Assembly: GCA_964016885.1 (NCBI GenBank) | Contig: OZ024747.1 | Span: 31,248,001 to 31,312,000, forward strand | Length of the DNA: 64,000 nucleotides | Source: Eledone cirrhosa | Lineage: Eukaryota | Direction of reading: 5' to 3' | Shown: positions 37,640 through 48,633 of the stretch, piece by piece | Layout: the number at the start of each line of letters is the position of its first letter | Numbering within the stretch: position 1 is the stretch's first letter | Made by a program: the position numbers and the translations under genes | Notes under the pieces: generated by a model | The model's input: the letters and a program-made list of their open reading frames with translations, nothing else | Database searches by the model: none | Told to the model about the DNA's origin: nothing

Positions 37640-37736
37640 GTGTGTATATATACATATATATATATGCAGAGGTTATATTTAATTTGTTGGGATTCAACAA
37701 GCTTATTGTAAATATTTATTTATAAAACAAATCTGT

Positions 37737-37800
37737 ATTTTATCTGATGAAAGCGCACCATAATTTGCCTTGGTTGCCCTTGAAATATATATAATAAAAT
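37737..37800 (+). ncRNA. Hammerhead motif H7 in the 5' pLTR
   Basis: attttat CTGATGA aagcgcacca..tggttgccctt GAAA tatata TA ataaaat; the 3' pLTR copy at ~41610-41660 is decayed (CTAATGA). Confidence 0.7.
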
Positions 37801-37986
37801 AAATATGGTTTTATAAATATAGTTTCCATTTATTAATATATTGTGTATTTACTCCACTAATCTATTGGGTGCTTTATATCAGTTATAAAAATGTTTAAGC
37901 TTGTTGAATCCCAACAAATTAAATATAACCTCTGCATATATTTAGCTCCTTTATTGTTGAGCACTTTAAATTATAACTGATTAAAA

Positions 37987-40212
37987 ATGGAATTCTTTAG
38001 GATCTCTTCTTCTCTAAAAGACATACCTTTACCTAAGAATAAGGACTTTTTAAAACAACTTATCGAGAAATTGGACTCGTTTATAAGAAGACTTAGATGG
38101 CGTGCTTTTCATTTCGATAAAAAATCTGATGTGAAAGAAAATATTTCCAATTTTGATAGAATCTTCAAATCCAAAAAAAATCCACCTTCCAACAAACTAT
38201 TAATGGAATTTGAAAATGAGATTATTTCTATCATACAAAACATTAAATTTAAGAAAAACCACTTTGTAGGCCAGGATTACCTCAAATGTCTCAAAAATAA
38301 TATAGAAAACTTTGAAAAAATGGAAAAAATTCTTGTTAAATCAGATAAAACCAACAATCTTTACGGAATGCAAAAGGATGATTACAATAATCTTATATTG
38401 AAGGAATTAAGGAAAAATTACAAAAGAGCAACCAATGATGACCTTGAAAGACTAAATACTGAAGCTTCTTATATAATGCAGGAATTAGGCATCGAAAATA
38501 GGACTCAACCCTTCATACCTAGAAAACCAAAAATTAATTTGAAGGACCATAAAAGAAATTTTGAAATTGAATTACCAGTTAGACTGATTGCACCATCTAA
38601 ATTGGACCTTGGCATACTTAGCAAGAATATTTTAGATAGAATCATACTTAAGGAAATATCTTATTTAAAATTATGGAAAGGGACTAATGAAGTTATTGAC
38701 TGGTTTAAGGACATTAAATATAAACATAACAATAAATTCATTCAATTGGAAATTGCTAATTATTACTCATCTATCATTCCTAATTTACTTAATAAAGCCC
38801 TTACATATGCATTTAAATATACTTATTTAACTAGCAATGAAATGCACATTATCTTAACTGCACGTAAAACATTAATTCAATTTAGCAACCACCTTTGGAC
38901 TAGAGCAGATAGGGATAACAATTTCGATATCACTATGAGGTCATCGGACTCGGCGCAATTAACGGATCTTGTGGAGCTTTTTATTAACAATACTTTACAT
39001 AGGAAAATACCAGAGATGACCAGTGGTTTATATCGTGACTATATGCTATTGCTTATTGAAAATAATAATAATTGTGAAATAAATAGGAAAAGAAAAGAAA
39101 TTATACAATTTTTTAATAGCGTTAATCTTAAAGTAGAAGTAGAGAATAATTATAAAATAGTTAATTTTTTAGATGTAACTTTAAACCTTAATACTGGTCT
39201 TTATTATCCATTTCATAAAATCAATGAGAATTTAAACTATGTTAACTTTAATTCCAATCACCCCAGATCCGTTAAAAACACTATTGTAAATTCTGTGCAG
39301 CAACGTATTTCTAGAATTTCAGCGAATAAAAATATATTTGAAGATAAGGCGCAATATTATAACAAAGCGTTAAGTAGAGCAGGCTATAGTAATGAAATTA
39401 AATACATTGATAATAAGGATGTGCCAATTAACCATAACTATAAATATAATTATAATAGGAAACCTTGCACTAACTCGAAAATCAAAAGAAGAAATAGAAC
39501 TAGAAATATATTATGGTTCGCTCCCCCTTTCTCATTAAGTATTAAAACTCCAATAGCTAAATTATTTTTTAAAGCTCTAGATAAGTGCTTTCCTAAGACA
39601 CACAGATATTACTCAATCTTTAATAGACATACTATTAAACTCTCATATTCCACCACTATGAATTTAGCGCAGAATATTAATAGAATTAATAATAGAAACT
39701 TAAAACCTAACCAGAATAGCATTAATACCACTAGCAATATCCAATATAATGTTACGGCTCCCAATAATATAAATTCAGATAAATGTAATTGTAGAAATAA
39801 ATCTAATTGTTTAGTTAAAAATATAGTATACAATTGTAATGTCAAAACCAATGAAAATTCCTTTAACTATGTCGGCTCTACTTCCACAGACTTCAAATAT
39901 CGTTTCAATAACCATAAATGTTCCTTTACGAATATTGGTAAACAATCTTCAACTTCTCTATCCATCTTATTATGGAACTTAAAATCCAAGAATATTAACT
40001 ATTCTTTATCTTGGGAAATTACCTCCAAAGCTCCTTCATACACGGCTCTATCCAAAAATTGCTCTCTTTGCGTTGAAGAAATATTCTTTGTACTAAAAAG
40101 TAAGAATTCTGTTAATTTGCGAAATAATTTATTTAGTTCTTGTAAACATCGTTTAAACTCAACTTTTAGATATATATGTAAATGTAATATATGGTTAATC
40201 TCCTTTACATAA
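37987..40212 (+). CDS. PLE RT + GIY-YIG ORF (741 aa), open but with degenerate RT catalytic motifs
   Basis: SLKDIPLP..LRWRAF, KSDKTNNLY, LKDHK, VRLI, QLEIANYYSSI, GLYRDY, VNFLDV, WFAPPFS, CNCRNKSNC, IVY..YVG, RFNNH, CSLCVEE, CKH. Confidence 0.85.
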   Translation: MEFFRISSSLKDIPLPKNKDFLKQLIEKLDSFIRRLRWRAFHFDKKSDVKENISNFDRIFKSKKNPPSNKLLMEFENEIISIIQNIKFKKNHFVGQDYLKCLKNNIENFEKMEKILVKSDKTNNLYGMQKDDYNNLILKELRKNYKRATNDDLERLNTEASYIMQELGIENRTQPFIPRKPKINLKDHKRNFEIELPVRLIAPSKLDLGILSKNILDRIILKEISYLKLWKGTNEVIDWFKDIKYKHNNKFIQLEIANYYSSIIPNLLNKALTYAFKYTYLTSNEMHIILTARKTLIQFSNHLWTRADRDNNFDITMRSSDSAQLTDLVELFINNTLHRKIPEMTSGLYRDYMLLLIENNNNCEINRKRKEIIQFFNSVNLKVEVENNYKIVNFLDVTLNLNTGLYYPFHKINENLNYVNFNSNHPRSVKNTIVNSVQQRISRISANKNIFEDKAQYYNKALSRAGYSNEIKYIDNKDVPINHNYKYNYNRKPCTNSKIKRRNRTRNILWFAPPFSLSIKTPIAKLFFKALDKCFPKTHRYYSIFNRHTIKLSYSTTMNLAQNINRINNRNLKPNQNSINTTSNIQYNVTAPNNINSDKCNCRNKSNCLVKNIVYNCNVKTNENSFNYVGSTSTDFKYRFNNHKCSFTNIGKQSSTSLSILLWNLKSKNINYSLSWEITSKAPSYTALSKNCSLCVEEIFFVLKSKNSVNLRNNLFSSCKHRLNSTFRYICKCNIWLISFT

Positions 40213-41805
40213 TGTTTTCTATATCCAACCACCTACAACCTCATCCTTCAGATTATATCTATATATGATTCATATATATTTAATTTACTTTCTATTATCT
40301 CTACCTCATAAATATACTTTATATTATTACACTTATCAATAGATTATAACCTTTTTTTCTATGACTACTTGAAATTCTTTTAAGGAAAATTTTCCTTGAA
40401 AAACTTCCTGAAGATTTTAGAAAATTCTTTGAAAGTTCCTTTGAAAGATATAGAAAAACCATTATTTTCATATCTTCCAATATTTTATATCTTCAAACAT
40501 TTTTAATATATGTATCCAAATATTTATATATATGTGGAATAACATATGATTTTTATATATAGGTTTTTTTTTATATATGTGGAATAACCTATGGTTTATG
40601 TTTTAACTATATTCTTAAGATAAATTTTTTAAAACTTTATAACAACTATGACTTCTTATAAAATAACCTATGGTTTATGTTTTAATTATATTCTTAAGAT
40701 AACATTTTTAACTTTATAACATTTATGATTTCTCATAAAAAAATGTTTAAAGGTTTTTTTAAATGTTTTGTTATGTATCCTTGGAGTCATTTGAGTTCTT
40801 TAAAAAATCACTTCTAACTTCCTTTATACTTCCTTACAGTTTTTATAATATAATTAAGTAGTTATTCTCGTGAATTTTCATAAATTTAGAATTATTTGGA
40901 TGTTTAAGTTTTGATTTACAACTATTAATAAATATAATTTTGCCAAACTTACTTTAATAAAATAAACTATACTAGATTTTCTCTAATGTAAAATACTATA
41001 TATTTATTTACATAATTTATAATCCATAACATACACATCTAAACCAATATATTATTACTAATACATCTTAATATAATATAAATACTTGTTTCATTTTTAA
41101 TTTTTAATTTTTAATATTAATATTAAATTAAATCTTTAATATTAAGGTAAATTTTAATCTTTAATTTTAATTTTAATCTAATTTTTCAACATATTATAAA
41201 TATTATAATCACAACGTAATGAACCCTACATTCTAAATATTATTCTTCCACGTTAATCTTATTTCTTCTTTCACTTAGATATATTTACGCTATGTATATT
41301 TTTCCATTAAAACTTATCTCTTCATTCATTCTGACTTTCTTCACTATCACAATGTATAATCGTTCTTTCTTTCCTCTTCTCTCTTTCTCGTTCTTTTTCT
41401 TTTCTCTCTCTCCCTTGCATATCATCTTCTTCCAAGAGTTTAATTTAAATAAACCGTTATCTTTTCAACTTTTCGAATACTCATCAGCATACTCACTCAT
41501 AACTTTGTATTACCCTCAATAAAATATTATCTCCACTATCCAGGAAGCTCCAACCGATAAGGTTGTCTTTTTTCCGGGTATGTCAATATTTATTTATAAA
41601 ACAAATCTGTATTTTATCTAATGAAAGTGCACCATAATTTGCCTTGGTTGCCCTTGAAAATAAATATGGTTTTATAAATCTAGTTTCCATTTATTAATAT
41701 ATTGTATATATCTATCTAAGGCGGGTAAAATTCCCGAGATCCATGGACGAGTTCTCTCCAGCGGTCTCTGTCCCTCATTATATATATATGTGTGTATACA
41801 TATAT

Positions 41806-42159
41806 ATCATCATCATCATCAGCGTTTTACGTCCGTTCTTCCACACTAGCATGGGTTAGATGGGTTGTTCTGTTGTGGGCAGTGTCCAGTCGGCTGATTT
41901 CTACAGCTGGATGCCCTTCCTAATACCAACCTCATTTACAGTGAGTGCTGGGTGCTTTTTTGCTGTGGCACCTCCACGGCCACTTTGCAGTGGAATGATA
42001 GGAACACCAGTTCTATCATCTCATTTCTACAGCTGAGTAAACTGGAGCAATGTGAAATAAAGTGTCTTGCTCAAGGAAACAACGCATGACCCGGTCTGAG
42101 AATTGAACTCACAACCTCTCGATTGCAAGCCCAATGCTCTAACCACTAAGACATGTGCC

Positions 42160-42162
<3 letters not shown>
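41806..42162 (-). mobile_element. SINE family 2 with variant tail
   Basis: Reverse homologue of 8052-8330. Confidence 0.88.
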
Positions 42163-42196
<34 letters not shown>

Positions 42197-42338
42197 AGTA
42201 TATGTTGGTTGTATACCAACACCTCAGTATGCAGGCTGGAGCACTCGACGAGGTGCACAGGTTAGTTTGGTTACTCCGGAGTAATGTAAAATAAAGTTAA
42301 ATAAAAAGTCAAATGTTTAAAATTTAGCTTCGTTTATT

Positions 42339-42397
42339 ATTGCTATATATATTTCAGTGACAGACACCCATCTTTGGCTGTGACCTCTTCAGGCAGT
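42339..42397 (-). ncRNA. Hammerhead motif H8
   Basis: Reverse complement: actgc CTGAAGA ggtcacagcc..act GAAA tatata TA gcaat. Confidence 0.65.
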
Positions 42398-42761
42398 CCG
42401 AATTAGTGTGGTATAGACAAGTACATATGTTGTTGAGGTGTATAATTTTGTCAATACTCTGATATGTCCAGTTCCTGGTTAGGTTGTTATTTCTCTGAGG
42501 AACTGGAATCATATGAATTCAAACAAACGAATTTCAGTGTCAAAGGGTCTCTTCTCCTCTCATTGGTCAGTTGTTAGAACATTCCTCATTCTAAGTGTTG
42601 TTATTGTTGGAGTTAGCTTAACAAATTGATAAAGTGGTAGAAGGAACAAGGTGGTAAAGGAACAAAATAACAAAAATAAGTGTCAAACTTCCCATTGGTC
42701 AGTTTTGAGAGCATTCCTCAGTCAGAAGTCTATAGAATTCTATAGACTTTTTATTTAACTT

Positions 42762-42818
<57 letters not shown>

Positions 42819-42898
42819 GGAACGAGTAGGACCCCGACGGCTGATCTCAAGCCGTTTCGACAGCTAATCCTGTTATTTTAATAAATATATATATATAT

Positions 42899-43147
42899 TA
42901 TTTATTAAAATAACAGATTAAAGTTTAAGCAAAGAATCGCTGCTTTCACCATTAACGGGATCTTCTGAAACTAAGAAGAAGAAACTAGTTTCAGAAGATC
43001 CCGTTAAGGGTGAAAGCAGCGATTCTTTGCTTAAACTTTAATCTGTTATTTTAATAAATATTTTCTCTACGGTTCTTATATATTTGATATATATTTATCC
43101 TTATCTAGCCCTCTTTGGATTTTAGTCTTCACATTTATTATTATTAC
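42899..43147. repeat. Fold-back element: 75-bp inverted arms, each with HHR-like H4, plus unique 3' extension
   Basis: Arms 42899-42973 / 42986-43060; 43061-43147 is the reverse complement of 48634-48720. Confidence 0.85.
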
Positions 43148-43266
43148 TATATATATATATATATACACATTACTATATATATATACACACATATATATAT
43201 AAATATATATATACACACACATATATATATATATACATATATACACACACACACATATATATATAT

Positions 43267-43300
<34 letters not shown>

Positions 43301-43306
43301 GCATAC

Positions 43307-43377
<71 letters not shown>

Positions 43378-43460
43378 TATATAAATCTTTGTAGAATCGA
43401 AATCGAGACATATCTGAGGACCTTGGGATTTTCAGAGTCAGGTTCAATCATCACATCGAT

Positions 43461-43735
43461 AACAGTTCAGGTTCCATTTGGATAGTCAAATGGAACCTGA
43501 ACTGTTAAGGTCTCGTTCCTAGGTATGTCAATATTTATAAAACAAATTTTGTATTTTATCTGATGAAAGCTTACCAAAGTTTTGGTACCCTTGAAATATA
43601 TATAATAGAATAAATATGGTTTTATAAATATAGTTTCCATTTATTAATATCATTGATATTATACTCCAGAATCTCTCTTGAGTGCTTCGGATCTGTTATA
43701 AATATATTTGTGGAATTACCAACAAATTAAATATC

Positions 43736-43740
<5 letters not shown>
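43461..43740 (+). repeat. Solo pLTR related to the 37664-41708 PLE, with 5' hairpin and HHR H7 at 43553-43611
   Basis: Perfect 20-bp hairpin 43461-43506; attttat CTGATGA..GAAA tatata TA atagaat; homology to 37711-37935. Confidence 0.75.
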
Positions 43741-43795
<55 letters not shown>

Positions 43796-43805
43796 ACTAA
43801 TTCAG

Positions 43806-43860
43806 ACTGCCTGAAGAGGTCACAGCCAAAGATGGCTGCCACCGAAATATATATAGCAGT
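43806..43860 (+). ncRNA. Type I hammerhead motif H8, canonical
   Basis: actgc CTGAAGA ggt ca cagcca aaga tggctg cc acc GAAA tatata TA gcagt. Confidence 0.75.
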
Positions 43861-45117
43861 AATAAACGAAGCCAAATTTTAAACATTTGTCTTATTTATT
43901 TTATTTTATATATATATATATATATTTAAAGGTTAAACAAGGTTTGATGAATAAATCAAAGAATTAGTTTTACAATAGATTGGAACCACTCAACTGAAAA
44001 GGTTTTCCTATATATATATTGTTAATTTAGCTTAGTATTCTGAGTGGAAATTTGCATAAGTTCTTAAATTTGGGCATTAATGAGAATATGAATACCAATC
44101 TCTTCAGGAAGGTTTATATAACCATCAGTGTCACTAACCACGATCACTAAAATCCCCATTTTATTAACAGTAACAAACTAAATTTCATGTTATTCTAACA
44201 TTTGGCATCAACTCAATCAAATAGGCTGAATTAAAGCCAAATCACTGCCTAATCCTAATGCATGGTTTTCTTTGAACATTACATTATCTAAATGACAAAA
44301 CATAACTGTTAAATGTGAAATTATTAAATAACAATTTAGTTTTCCTCAAAACCAAACTACAAGACTATAAATATTATTTATTGCAGTAAATCTTAATAGC
44401 AGTAAATCATATAAGAAAATGATTTACTAAGGTAAAATGATTTAACAGAAAACATGTAAATTTTCAACACATTTCAATCAATTAAAAGGAAAACTGCTAC
44501 TGGGATAAAATACAAACACAATAATTTGCTAAAGCCATTTTTTCTACAGAAATCAATGCTCACGGCCTATTTTGAGCATAGAAATTTCATGGAGAAATAT
44601 CATTATTCAAATGAATCACGTCCATTATTCCATTGGTTTAAAATTTAAAGGAGCAAAATAATGCTTATTGCTGTCTTTATGCATTAACATGTGTTTTTAG
44701 ACTTGTTTTAAGTTCTAAATCCTTTAATCAATTATTACGGACTCATGAAAGAGCAAGTCATTGAAATAGCTCAGTTTGGAAGTAACCAGGTTACAATTTT
44801 GTTGTATAACTAAGTTTGAAATATATTACTTACCTCTTCAGTACTACAGTATTAATAGTTACATACTATTATCTACATACATACATATATGTACCTATAT
44901 ACATACATATATATATATATATATATACATATATACATATATATATATACATATATGTATATATATATATACATATATATACATATATATACATACATAT
45001 ATATATATATATGTATACATAATATATATATATGTATACATATATATATATGTATACATAATATATATGTATACATAATATATATATATATATATGTATA
45101 CATATATACTGACTGTA

Positions 45118-46094
45118 TCTCCCTTGAACACTCCAGCCAGTATCTCAAATAACTCTGTCACCACATCAGGTGTAATTACTTGGGCTTTGGTGTTGGTGTA
45201 GAGCATTGATATCAGGTACACTATCTTCTTGGTGATTCCATAAGCCTGTAAGATCTTCATCAGGCAGTGACAGTCCACAGAATCAAAGGCCTTCCTAAAG
45301 TCAATGAAAACCATGACCGCACGAAGGCACTTTGCTCTAGCTCCCTCTAATATGCTCCTCAGCATCAGGATGTGACTGGTGGTTGATCTTCCCTCTCTGA
45401 AGCCGTTCTGGTTGTCCTTGAGCTTCTTCTCCATCTCGGGCTGGATCCTGTTAAGAATCATCCTGTTGAGGGTCTTTGCCACAAGTGACATCAATAAGGT
45501 CTCCCTGTAGTTGTTGGTGTTAGAGAGATCTCCCTTCTTTGGCACTGGGACGATGTTACTGATCCTCCACTGATTCGGGGCTATTCCCTTCTGCCACAGT
45601 TTGAGATTGGTGTGGAAGTCAGATTTTCTTGAGGACCTGAAGATCCACCTCCTCATTGCTGTAGTGAAGTTTGTGCTGTGTACGGGTCTGAGATTTGGAC
45701 ACTGACCAAGAAACTCGCTCAGATGGTGGATGGGTGCTACACGAGAATGCTGAGTATGGCTCTTAACATTAATCAGTATACACTGAGGATGAAAAACTCA
45801 GAGCTGTATGGGAGCCTCCCAAAAGTCAGCTCAAAAGTGACACAGAGGAGAGTGAGGTTAGCTGGACATGCTCACCGACATCCAGAGTTGACACTGCACT
45901 CAGTGCTCCTGAATTAACCCCTGCATGGACACACTGGAAGAGGAAGACGAAGGTTAACGTATGTTGATGCCCTAAGGACAGACACTGGTCTGTTGGAGAC
46001 GCAGGACATGGCAGCGCTAATGAGGGACAGAGACCACTGGAGAGAATTCGTACATGGATCTCAGGAATTTTACCCGCCCTAGATAGGTAGATAG
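45118..46094 (+). mobile_element. RTE-type LINE family C with 5' inversion and 12-bp TSD
   Basis: Minus-strand RT piece 45118-~45597 ([32 protein letters not shown]); plus-strand 3' piece ([13 protein letters not shown]); TSD atactgactgta 45106-45117 / 46095-46106. Confidence 0.88.
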
Positions 46095-46134
46095 ATACTG
46101 ACTGTAGGTTTCGCTTTGGCTAAGTACAAAGTAA

Positions 46135-46412
46135 ATTTATGTTGGTACCACAACATCCAGTCCTAAATAAATAAGGCCGTGTAGGTGTCACAACAAAAAA
46201 ACACACAGTCCACGCTGTAATGTGGCCATGTAGGTAACACGGTAAAAACCTGCCAGTCCCCACTCTAAACGTGGTTGGTGTTAGGAAGGGCATCCAGCCA
46301 TAGAAAACCCGCCAGACAGTCCTATACGAGCAAGACAACCAATCTTGACTCACGTGGGACAATTCCCGTCTAAACCCAAGCTAGCGTGGAAGATAGACGT
46401 TAAACGATGATG
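46135..46412 (+). mobile_element. RTE family B 3' UTR fragment
   Basis: Homologous to 14860-15150. Confidence 0.8.
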
Positions 46413-46533
46413 ATTATGGTACATATATACATACTTATATATACATACATATATGATGGCTGCCCCCTCGTTATCGAGTATGGCCATTGCACGAGAAGAA
46501 AAAAAAAAAGAAAAAAAAAAGAAAAGAAAAGAA

Positions 46534-46572
<39 letters not shown>

Positions 46573-46818
46573 AAATTTAAAAAAAAGAAATATATATATA
46601 TATATATATACATACATATATACATACACACATACATACACATACACACACATATACACACACACATACATTAATAACAATAATAATAATAATACTAATA
46701 ATAGCAATAATAATAATAACGACAACAACAAGAATAATATACATATTCATATATATATACACACATACGCACGCACATAAGCATATCTACACACACACAC
46801 ACACACACACAATAGCAA

Positions 46819-47036
46819 CTAACAGTGCTGCGATCGAATGTGGCTTTTTAGCCCAGCCAATGATCTAAAATGTCTTGCACAGTCGGCAACCAAAACATTC
46901 ACTGGGAATAGTCGGCTGTGGTTGGAGTTCGTGTACTTTTGCATGTCGCTTGAGCCCTCCTGGTGATTTACATTCTCTACCACATGTTTGGCAAGCATGA
47001 TGAGTAGCATCTCCAACAGCAGCCTGGTAGTCAACC
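46819..47036 (-). pseudogene. Fragment with two C2H2 zinc fingers, probably an RTE/BovB-type C-terminus
   Basis: [21 protein letters not shown], then CRLC/..FRSLAGLKSHIRSQH across a frameshift. Confidence 0.55.
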
Positions 47037-47074
47037 ACATACATATATATACATATACATACATACATATATGT

Positions 47075-47175
<101 letters not shown>

Positions 47176-47218
47176 CATATATATATATATATATATACAT
47201 ACATATATATATACATAC

Positions 47219-47253
<35 letters not shown>

Positions 47254-47422
47254 TGGCTGCCAACTCGTTTTCGAGTACGGCTACTATTTTATATCCATGT
47301 AGGAGAAACCCTACCGATGCGCTGAACGAGTGTGACTTTTTAGTCCTGCCTGCGACATGAAAACTCTGGTGCAAACACTAAACTTGTGTCAATTATTGAC
47401 ACGTAGTGCTGTATGTATATAT

Positions 47423-47485
<63 letters not shown>

Positions 47486-47826
47486 TACATACATATATAT
47501 ACATATATACATATATGTATACATTCATATACTTACATATTAATATATATATACATATATATATATATACATATATATATATACATACATATACATATAC
47601 ATATATAACGAGGGAGTTGTGGTAAGGAAACAGATGGACCATAATGCACCAGAGTACTCAATACTTAGGGTAGTAGAGTGGTTAATAGGAAAATGTATGA
47701 CCCCGACGGCAGAGCTCAAGCCGTTGGGGTCATACATTTTCCCATATATATATATATAAACATACATACCGATACTTATATATATATATATACATATATA
47801 TACATACATATACAATATACATATAT

Positions 47827-48095
47827 ACTCAGAGCTGTATGGGAGCATCCCAAAAGTCAACTCAAAAGTGACACAGAGGAGACTGAGGTTGGCTGGACAT
47901 GCTCACCGACATCCAGAGTTGACATTGCACTCAGTGCTCCTTTGGGAGCCCCTACATGGACACACTAGAAGAGGAAGACCAAGGTTAAAGTATGTTGATG
48001 CCCTAAGGACAGACACTGGTCTGTTGGAGACACAGGACATGGCAGCGATAATGAGGGACAGAAACCGCTGGAGAGAACTCGGGAATTTTACCCGC
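47827..48095 (+). mobile_element. RTE family C 3' fragment
   Basis: Homologous to 45796-46075. Confidence 0.85.
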
Positions 48096-48098
48096 ATT

Positions 48099-48137
<39 letters not shown>

Positions 48138-48200
48138 CATATCATCATTTTACGTCCGCTTTTCCCTGCTTGCAAGGGTGGGACATATACATATATATAC

Positions 48201-48255
<55 letters not shown>

Positions 48256-48296
48256 CATACATACATACATATGCATACATATACACCCATATATAG

Positions 48297-48572
48297 ATTT
48301 TACGTCTGCTTTTCCCTGCTTGCAAGGGTGGGACGGGAACTGATTCTGGCTTGATTTCTACAGCTGGATGCCCTTCCTAACACCAACCTGATTTACAGTG
48401 AGTGTTGGGTGCTTTTTTGCCGTGGCACCTCCACGACCACATTGCAGTGGAATGATATGGACCCCAGTCCCTATCATCTCATTTCTACAGCTGAGTAAAC
48501 TGGAGCAATGTGAAATAAATTGTCTTGCTCAAGGAAACAACACATCACCCGGTCTGAGAATTGAACTCACAA

Positions 48573-48575
<3 letters not shown>
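48297..48575 (-). mobile_element. SINE family 2, 5'-truncated
   Basis: Reverse homologue of 61518-61795. Confidence 0.88.
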
Positions 48576-48616
<41 letters not shown>

Positions 48617-48633
48617 CATACATATATTTATGT

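Larger units (their letters stand above)
37664..41708 (+). mobile_element. Penelope-like element (Naiad-like), full length with direct pLTRs
   Basis: Direct repeat 37711-37846 / 41586-41708; short inverted piece 37664-37703 vs 37898-37937; single long ORF. Confidence 0.9.
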
